Shown: positions 58,096-64,000 of the stretch, piece by piece
How the letters are laid out: every line of letters starts with the position of its first letter
Position numbering within the stretch: the stretch's first letter is position 1
DNA from: an uncultured Gemmatimonadales bacterium
GTDB taxonomy: Bacteria; Gemmatimonadota; Gemmatimonadetes; Gemmatimonadales; Gemmatimonadaceae
Direction of reading: 5' to 3'
NCBI GenBank assembly: GCA_963793305.1
Contig: CAWBZV010000003.1
Location: forward strand, 768,001 to 832,000
Length of the DNA: 64,000 bases
Made by a program: the position numbers and the translations under genes
Notes under the pieces: generated by a model
What the model saw: the letters and a program-made list of their open reading frames with translations, nothing else
Databases searched by the model: none
What the model was told of the DNA's origin: nothing

Positions 58096-60445
58096 TCTTT
58101 TAGCCGCGCTCCCGCGGTGGGTTATCGTTGGCGGGAAAGGGGGCGTCGGTAAGACCACGATCGCCATCGCGCTCGCCAAGGCCGCGGCCGGCCGCGTACT
58201 GCTCCTCTCCACCGACCCGGCGCGCGCTCTCGGCCCCGCGCTCGGCGAACCTGTCGGTCCCCACCCGACCAAGCTCCTGAGCATCCCCGGCGTCTTCGCG
58301 CAGCAGCTCGACGCGGCGGTCGAGCGCGACGCGTTTCTCGCACGTTGGCGAGAGACGCTCGTCACGGTGATCGATCGTGGGACATACCTCGATCGCGAGG
58401 ACATCGTCGGTTTCATCGACGCGGTGCTCCCCGGGACCGACGAGGCCATGGCACTGTTGTCGCTCGCCGATCTCGCTGCGTCGAGCGAGTGGGACCGTGT
58501 CATCATCGACACGGCTCCGACAGGCCACACGCTACGGCTATTCGCGCTGCCACAAACGTTCGGCCTCGTTGTCGATCTCTTGGAGCTCATGCAGGAGAAG
58601 CACCGGTTCATGGTACGCGCGCTCACGCATCGCTATCGCGCCGACGCGGTCGACGCGATGCTCGCCGAGCTTCGACACCGCGTCGATGCGCTTCGGGCAT
58701 TGCTTACCGATCCGGGTTCGACTCGCCTGGTGCTCGTCGCCCGCGCCGAGCCCATGGTCGTCGCCGAGACCGAGCGCTACGCCGCCGCCTTGCCCGGGCT
58801 CGGCCTCACGGCCGGTGCGCTCATCGTCAACGCCGTCTCCGACGACTCTGATCCGAATGCGCTCGCTTCGCTCGCGTCACTACTCCCCGGTATCCCGCAC
58901 CTCTCGCTCGCGCGATGGCGCACGTCACGCAAACGGCCCGAGTCACGCGAACGGCCAGATTCACGAGCCGCGCAGCGGACGTGGGCCGAACGTTCTGAAG
59001 AGCTACGACGTTCGGGGGAGCCACGACGTCCGGAGGAGCCACGACGTCCGGAGGAGCCACGACGTCCGGAGGAGCCACGACGCCCAACAGAGTCAGGACG
59101 CGCAACAGAGTCAGGACGCGCAACAGAGTCAGGACGCGCAACAGAGTCAGGACGCGCAACAGAGTCAGGACGCGCAACAGAGTCAGGACGCGCAACAGAG
59201 TCAGGACGCGCAACAGAGTCAGGACGCGCAACAGAGTCAGGACGCGCAACAGAGTCAGGACGCGCAACAGAGTCAGGACGCGCAACAGAGTCAGGACGCG
59301 CAACAGAGTCAGGACGCCCCACAGAGTCCGGAGGCCCAACAGAGTCCGGACGCCCCACAGAGTCCGGAGGCCCAACAGAGTCCGGAGGCCCAGCAGAGGC
59401 ACGACGCCCGGCGGAGCCACGCCCAGCAGAGGCACGACGCCCGGCGGAGCCACGTCCGACAGAGTCACGCCCGACAGAGTCACGCCCAAAAGAGCCTCGA
59501 CACCTGGTGCAAGGCGACGAGGCGCGAAGCGCCGAGGAGGAGGACCCAGCGTGGCTCCGCCGGCGCCTGCACAGCGATGCGGCGCGAACCGCCGAGGATG
59601 CCCTCCGGCCGCTGACGATCGTGGGTGGCAAGGGCGGTGTCGGCAAGACGACCGTGGCGTGCGCGCTGGCGATCGAGGCGGCGAGAGACGAGCAGTTGGT
59701 GCTCGTGGTCTCGACCGATCCCGCGCCGTCGATTGCCGATGCGCTGGGGCTGGAGGTCGGCGACGAGACCGTCGCGATCACGCCCGGACTCTGGGCGCGG
59801 CAGGCCAATGCGACCGCGGCGTTCGCCGAGATGCAGAAGGCCTATCGGCAGCGGGTCGACGCCCTGTTCGACCGGCTCATCGGCGCAGGGTTCGATGCCG
59901 TCCACGACCGGAAGATCCTGCAGGATCTCCTCGCGCTCGCGCCGCCGGGGATCGATGAGCTCTACGCCCTGGCGACGATCGGCGAAACGCTGGCCGCGGG
60001 GCAATTCGACACCATCATTGTCGACCCCGCCCCGACCGGCCATCTGCTGCGACTGTTGGAGACGCCAGCGTTGGCGCTCGACTGGAGCCACCGCATCATG
60101 CGCCTGGCGCTGAAATACAAGGAGATCGCCTCCTTCACCGAGACGATGGGCGATATCCTGACGTTCGCGCAACGCACCCGCGCGGTGCGCGATCTCCTGG
60201 CGGATCCGGCCCGCTCGACGGTGATTCTGGTGACGCTGGATGAACCGCTGGTACGGTCGGAGACGGAGCGCCTGACGGTGGCGGTCGCCACGCTGGGGCT
60301 CACCGTGGGCGCTGTCATATGGAACCGAAGCAACCTGCCACTGTCGGCAGGCGGCGCCGTCCCGCAGTTTGCGGCACCAGAGGAGTCGCCGTCGCCACGC
60401 GGGCTGGAGGCGCTCCGGCAGTGGTACCGTCAGTGGAGAGGCTAG
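58061..60445 (+). CDS. Tandem ArsA/GET3-family ATPase with long repeat linker
   Basis: Two GGKGGVGKTT / STDPA / D(T/P)APTGH sets. Confidence 0.92.
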   Translation: MTSESGASDSADLLAALPRWVIVGGKGGVGKTTIAIALAKAAAGRVLLLSTDPARALGPALGEPVGPHPTKLLSIPGVFAQQLDAAVERDAFLARWRETLVTVIDRGTYLDREDIVGFIDAVLPGTDEAMALLSLADLAASSEWDRVIIDTAPTGHTLRLFALPQTFGLVVDLLELMQEKHRFMVRALTHRYRADAVDAMLAELRHRVDALRALLTDPGSTRLVLVARAEPMVVAETERYAAALPGLGLTAGALIVNAVSDDSDPNALASLASLLPGIPHLSLARWRTSRKRPESRERPDSRAAQRTWAERSEELRRSGEPRRPEEPRRPEEPRRPEEPRRPTESGRATESGRATESGRATESGRATESGRATESGRATESGRATESGRATESGRATESGRATESGRATESGRATESGRPTESGGPTESGRPTESGGPTESGGPAEARRPAEPRPAEARRPAEPRPTESRPTESRPKEPRHLVQGDEARSAEEEDPAWLRRRLHSDAARTAEDALRPLTIVGGKGGVGKTTVACALAIEAARDEQLVLVVSTDPAPSIADALGLEVGDETVAITPGLWARQANATAAFAEMQKAYRQRVDALFDRLIGAGFDAVHDRKILQDLLALAPPGIDELYALATIGETLAAGQFDTIIVDPAPTGHLLRLLETPALALDWSHRIMRLALKYKEIASFTETMGDILTFAQRTRAVRDLLADPARSTVILVTLDEPLVRSETERLTVAVATLGLTVGAVIWNRSNLPLSAGGAVPQFAAPEESPSPRGLEALRQWYRQWRG
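59016..59490 (+). repeat. Coding VNTR: EEPRRP x3, TESGRA x12 (59087-59302), then degenerate TESGRP/TESGGP/AEPRP units
   Basis: Perfect acagagtcaggacgcgca 18-mers. Confidence 0.95.
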
Positions 60446-60452
60446 CGCCCTA

Positions 60453-61184
60453 GTGTATTACGTGTACGGCATTGTTCCGGAGACACTCACGAATCCACCG
60501 ACGGGACTCGATGGAGCGCCGGTAACGCTCGTACCAGTCGGAGACCTCTCGGCGCTCGTCTCGGATGCCGACTACGATCCCGCGACCGTCGAGGCGCGGC
60601 TCGCGGATCTCGACTGGCTGTCGCCACGAGCCGTGGCGCATGACTCAGTCGTGAGCTGGGCGAGCGACAAAGGGGGCGTGATCCCGTTCCCGATGTGGGT
60701 GCTCTTTGGCGACACGCCAGCGCTCGAGCGCGGCTTGGCCCCACGGCTGGCCGAGTTCCACCGCGAGCTCGCCCGCGTGACGCCGGGCCGCGAGTACTCG
60801 GTACGCGTGTTCGCGTTGAAGGAAAAATTGGCCGCGCTGAGCCCCGCGGTCGCGCAACTGGAGTCGGAGATCGAGAAAGCGACGCCGGGCCAGCGCTATC
60901 TGCTGGAGCGGAAGCTCGAGGGTGTGCGCCAGACGGAAGCGCGCGAGGTCAGCGCCTCGGTGTCCAACTCGATTCACGAGGAGCTCTCCAAGCTCGCACT
61001 CGCCGCCACGACCGAGCCAGCGCCCAAGTCCGCGGCGATCCTCAACGCCGCGTACTTGGTGAGCCGGGACACCCCGGAGCCCTTCCAGGCAAGGCTTACC
61101 GATCTCATCCACAAGTTCGAGCCGTTGGGATTCCGGTTCGAGTTCACCGGCCCCTGGCCACCGTACCACTTTGTCGGCCGCTGA
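60453..61184 (+). CDS. Gas vesicle protein GvpL/GvpF
   Basis: YYVYGIV, AHDSVV, PG..YL, LNAAYLV, TGPWPPYHFV; start uncertain. Confidence 0.9.
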   Translation: MYYVYGIVPETLTNPPTGLDGAPVTLVPVGDLSALVSDADYDPATVEARLADLDWLSPRAVAHDSVVSWASDKGGVIPFPMWVLFGDTPALERGLAPRLAEFHRELARVTPGREYSVRVFALKEKLAALSPAVAQLESEIEKATPGQRYLLERKLEGVRQTEAREVSASVSNSIHEELSKLALAATTEPAPKSAAILNAAYLVSRDTPEPFQARLTDLIHKFEPLGFRFEFTGPWPPYHFVGR

Positions 61185-61380
61185 CGAGCCGCTGGTCCTG
61201 AGTGATCTCATCAGTCGCGTGCTCGACAAGGGCGTCGTGCTGAGCGGCGACGTCGTCATCTCGATCGCGGATATCGACCTCATCAAGCTCGAGCTCCACG
61301 TACTTCTTTCGGCTGTCGAGACTACTCTCCGTCGTGAGTCCCACGTACCTGTACTGCCTGACCACGCCCGCGGCGCCTGA
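61171..61380 (+). CDS. GvpA/J-family protein (GvpS/M-like)
   Basis: LSDLISRVLDKGVVLSGDVVISIADIDL. Confidence 0.85.
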   Translation: MSAADEPLVLSDLISRVLDKGVVLSGDVVISIADIDLIKLELHVLLSAVETTLRRESHVPVLPDHARGA

Positions 61381-61952
61381 CCCGCCGGCCGGCACCGTAG
61401 GACTCGACGGCGGCGCGGTACGGAGGCTCGGCGACGCATGGGTCAGCGACGTCCCGTCGCGGTCCGTAAAGGCGACCGTCGACCGCATTCGCGCACACGA
61501 TGCCGTCGTCTCCGCTGCCCTCGGCACCGGGTCCACACCGGTACCCGCGCGCTTCGGTCAGACCTTTGCCGATGACACCGAGTGTGTGGCGGCGATCTCG
61601 GCCAAAAAAGACACCATGAGCGCGGGTCTTGCTCGGGTCGCCGGCATGGTCGAGATGACGGTGCTGTTTCGGGTCGAGACCACGCTCGACTCCTCGTCAG
61701 GTACGGCTTACTTGCAGTCGCTCGCCCGGCGAGATCACACGCTCGACGAATTGCGTCGTCTCAACGGGCGTTTCGCCGATGTCGTGCGGGAGTCGACCGA
61801 ACGTGCGGACGAGGGCACGGTTACGCTCTCCCATCTCGTCGATCGCGGGTCGATTGACCGATATCTGGAGAGGGTTAGAACCGTCACATCCGGGATGGAC
61901 GTTCCGGATCCTAGGTCCCGGAGCCCCGTACTCGTTCGGCCCGCCAGTATGA
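61334..61952 (+). CDS. Gas vesicle protein GvpL/GvpF, frameshift near 61905
   Basis: YLYCL, HDAVV, PVPARFG, GTAYL, LSHLV; alternate frame ends GPGAPYSF..*. Confidence 0.8.
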
Positions 61953-62260
61953 CCGAGGATCTGGACCTCGACCTGAGACGAATCGCCCGAACGCTGCCCG
62001 AGCGTATCGAGGCCGACGCCGAGCACGCCGAGGCAGGTCTCGCCCGTCTCGCCTTGACCGTGATCGAGTTACTCCGTAAGGTCCTTGAACACCAGGCGGT
62101 ACGCCGGATGGACGGCGGGACGCTGTCAGCCGAGGAGATCGAACGCCTCGGACTCGCGTTGCTCAAGTTGAACGACCGGATGCAGGAGCTGAAGACGACA
62201 TTCGGCCTCTCCAACGAGGATTTGGAGATCGACTTGGGACCCCTGGGTCGCCTGAGATGA
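61949..62260 (+). CDS. gvpK: Gas vesicle protein GvpK
   Basis: GLARLALTVIELLR...QAVRRM..GTL...IERLG...LEIDLGPLG. Confidence 0.92.
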   Translation: MTEDLDLDLRRIARTLPERIEADAEHAEAGLARLALTVIELLRKVLEHQAVRRMDGGTLSAEEIERLGLALLKLNDRMQELKTTFGLSNEDLEIDLGPLGRLR

Positions 62261-62276
62261 GGATGGGATAAACCAC

Positions 62277-62585
62277 GTGTCAGAACTCGTTTCGCCGACG
62301 CGAAGCCACGGGCTGGTCGAGATCCTCGACCGGGTGCTGGACAAGGGCCTGGTCATCGCGGGCGACATCAAGGTCAACCTCGCGAACGTCGAGCTGCTGA
62401 CGATCCAGATCCGGCTCTTGGTCTGCTCGATCGACAAGGCCGAGCAGATCGGCTTGAACTGGTGGCGTCACGACCCCCGGCTGACCGCCGGCGGGCAAGG
62501 GGCGTCTATATCCGGTACAGAGCTGTCCGATCGACTGGCACGAATCGAGCAGCAGCTCATCAAACTCTCGCAACCGAGGACGTAA
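62277..62585 (+). CDS. gvpJ: Gas vesicle protein GvpJ
   Basis: [41 protein letters not shown]. Confidence 0.88.
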   Translation: MSELVSPTRSHGLVEILDRVLDKGLVIAGDIKVNLANVELLTIQIRLLVCSIDKAEQIGLNWWRHDPRLTAGGQGASISGTELSDRLARIEQQLIKLSQPRT

Positions 62586-62589
62586 CTCG

Positions 62590-62901
62590 ATGGCCGTCGA
62601 ACGCTCCCCAAGTGGCAGCTCTCTCATCGACGTCCTGGATCGGGTCCTGGACAAAGGCATCGTCATTGACGCCTGGGTGCGAGTCTCGCTGGTCGGCATC
62701 GACCTGGTGACGGTCGAAGCCCGCATCGTGGTCGCGTCGATTGATACATACCTGAAGTATTCCGAGGCGGTGGGGATTACGTCTCCGGTCTCGCGGCCCC
62801 GAGAGGCGCTGGCGTCCGCGGACACGGGGGAGTTGGAGCGCATGCGGGTTGAAAACGCCGACCTCCGACGGCGCCTCGAGCACCACACTCGCGGTAGCTG
62901 A
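62590..62901 (+). CDS. gvpA: Gas vesicle major structural protein GvpA with C-terminal extension
   Basis: [53 protein letters not shown]. Confidence 0.94.
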   Translation: MAVERSPSGSSLIDVLDRVLDKGIVIDAWVRVSLVGIDLVTVEARIVVASIDTYLKYSEAVGITSPVSRPREALASADTGELERMRVENADLRRRLEHHTRGS

Positions 62902-62916
62902 TCCGAGACCACCGGT

Positions 62917-64000
62917 GTGAGCGCCGCGCAGCTGCTCATAGGACGCGACGGGGTCGACCAGGCCGACGCGCCCGCGTTGTTGGAGTTTCTGGCGACGCTC
63001 ACCGAGGCGCCGGATTGCCCTACGGCGTCGGCCTATCTGCTGGCGCGCCTCACCGTGCGGCGCGCGGTGCTGATGCTCGTCGACCCGGTGCGCGACATCT
63101 TGAGCGTCTACTCCAGCATTGGCGTCCCGGTCGATGAGCTGGGGGACGAGGGCCTCTCCCTGGGCGACGAGCGGCATCCGCTGGTCGTGTCGGCGATGAC
63201 CATGACCACCGTCAGCGGGTCGTCGGTCCATTTCGGGCTGCCGTTCGCCGAGTGGGTGGCGTTCCCGATGCCGCAGCCGACGTTCCGCGGCGCTCCCGTG
63301 CCGATCGCCGGGCATCATGCCACCCAGCTCGTCGCCGGGGTCGGCGGCCAGGTCACGCCCGCCTCCTTGCGACCGGGCCAGGCGCCGCTCGGCGTCGTCG
63401 TCATCGAGGGGGTGCCGGCGCCGCAACGCTTGGCGTTTCTGTCTCGACTCGTGGCGCTCGCCGGGCCCGTGATCGCGCGGTTCGAGGCGCTCGGCGTGAG
63501 CGACGAGCAGGCCGAGCGGCTTCGGCAGCAGCGGGACCGGCTTCGCATGATGATCGATGCGTTGCCCGATCCGATCGTCATTACTGACGCCGCGAATGAC
63601 ATCGTCGTGCAAAACGCGCGGGCCGAGCAACTGCTGTCCTCGCGCGAAGGGGACTCTCAGGGTCGCCGTCGGGCGGTCGAAATAAATAATCTGCTCTTCA
63701 CGTCGTATTTGTCGAAGGCGATGATGACGGGCGCCATCGACAAGCAGAGCGGCCCTCGCGAACTCAACCTCGTCGATCCCACGGAAGGCGCAGACATCCT
63801 GTTCGAAGTCCTCGCGCATCCCCTTCGCGATGATGTGGATCGCAAAGGTGCGTTTCTCTCGGTGCTGCGCAATGTCACTGATCTCCGGCGCGCGGTCAAT
63901 GAGCTCGAACGCCACATGCAGCGCGTCAGGCTCGCGGAGATCGATGCGACGCGCGAGCGGGATCGGCTCAATCTCATCCTCGAGAACGTCGCCGACCCGA
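62917..64000 (+). CDS. PAS-domain sensor protein, runs off the window
   Basis: Open frame from GTG 62917 with no stop (absent from the ORF track): MIDALPDPIVITDAANDIVVQNARAE...VLRNVTDL...LILENVADP. Confidence 0.82.
   Translation, partial: MSAAQLLIGRDGVDQADAPALLEFLATLTEAPDCPTASAYLLARLTVRRAVLMLVDPVRDILSVYSSIGVPVDELGDEGLSLGDERHPLVVSAMTMTTVSGSSVHFGLPFAEWVAFPMPQPTFRGAPVPIAGHHATQLVAGVGGQVTPASLRPGQAPLGVVVIEGVPAPQRLAFLSRLVALAGPVIARFEALGVSDEQAERLRQQRDRLRMMIDALPDPIVITDAANDIVVQNARAEQLLSSREGDSQGRRRAVEINNLLFTSYLSKAMMTGAIDKQSGPRELNLVDPTEGADILFEVLAHPLRDDVDRKGAFLSVLRNVTDLRRAVNELERHMQRVRLAEIDATRERDRLNLILENVADP

Noticed and set aside
59016..59490. CRISPR array
   Set aside because: Contiguous in-frame 18-mers with no unique spacers and no cas genes.
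58061..60445. Arsenic resistance pump ATPase
   Set aside because: No arsR/B/C/D nearby, metalloid-binding cysteines are lacking, and the gene sits inside the gvp operon.
61334..62260. GvpL-GvpK fusion
   Set aside because: The GvpL terminal GPxxPYSF and stop lie in another frame overlapping the gvpK ATG; one extra base near 61905 explains it.
62560..63915. 451-aa minus-strand ORF and similar long overlapping ORFs elsewhere
   Set aside because: High-GC shadow ORFs antisense to motif-bearing genes.

Overview
GC-rich bacterial window; gene content suggests Gemmatimonadota (inference). Single-base frameshifts scattered through otherwise intact genes look like assembly errors. Left to right: a complete IS21; a lower-GC patch with a broken SelO/MchC-like kinase-fold gene and an ABC exporter; regulators; a trbBCDEJLFGI P-type T4SS operon with no relaxase or coupling protein in view, behind an ECF sigma/FecR pair; a beta-lactamase-fold lipoprotein with all three catalytic motifs degenerate, plus a PAS kinase; an orphan Imm53. 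The centrepiece (22.2-44 kb) is an AraC-led, tightly coupled T2SS operon ending in a receiver-less sigma54 activator. Behind a predicted sigma54 promoter follows a signal-peptide-bearing ~1850-aa Rhs toxin (Ntox28-like tip) with HEAT immunity, then orphan Rhs tip/immunity cassettes. An IS110 recombinase with structured non-coding ends abuts the conserved Rhs core/tip junction of one cassette. The right third has housekeeping-type genes and a gas vesicle cluster containing a tandem ArsA/GET3-like ATPase with a VNTR linker, then a partial PAS sensor. No rRNA, tRNA or CRISPR array was recognised. All family calls come from motif recognition by eye, not database searches.
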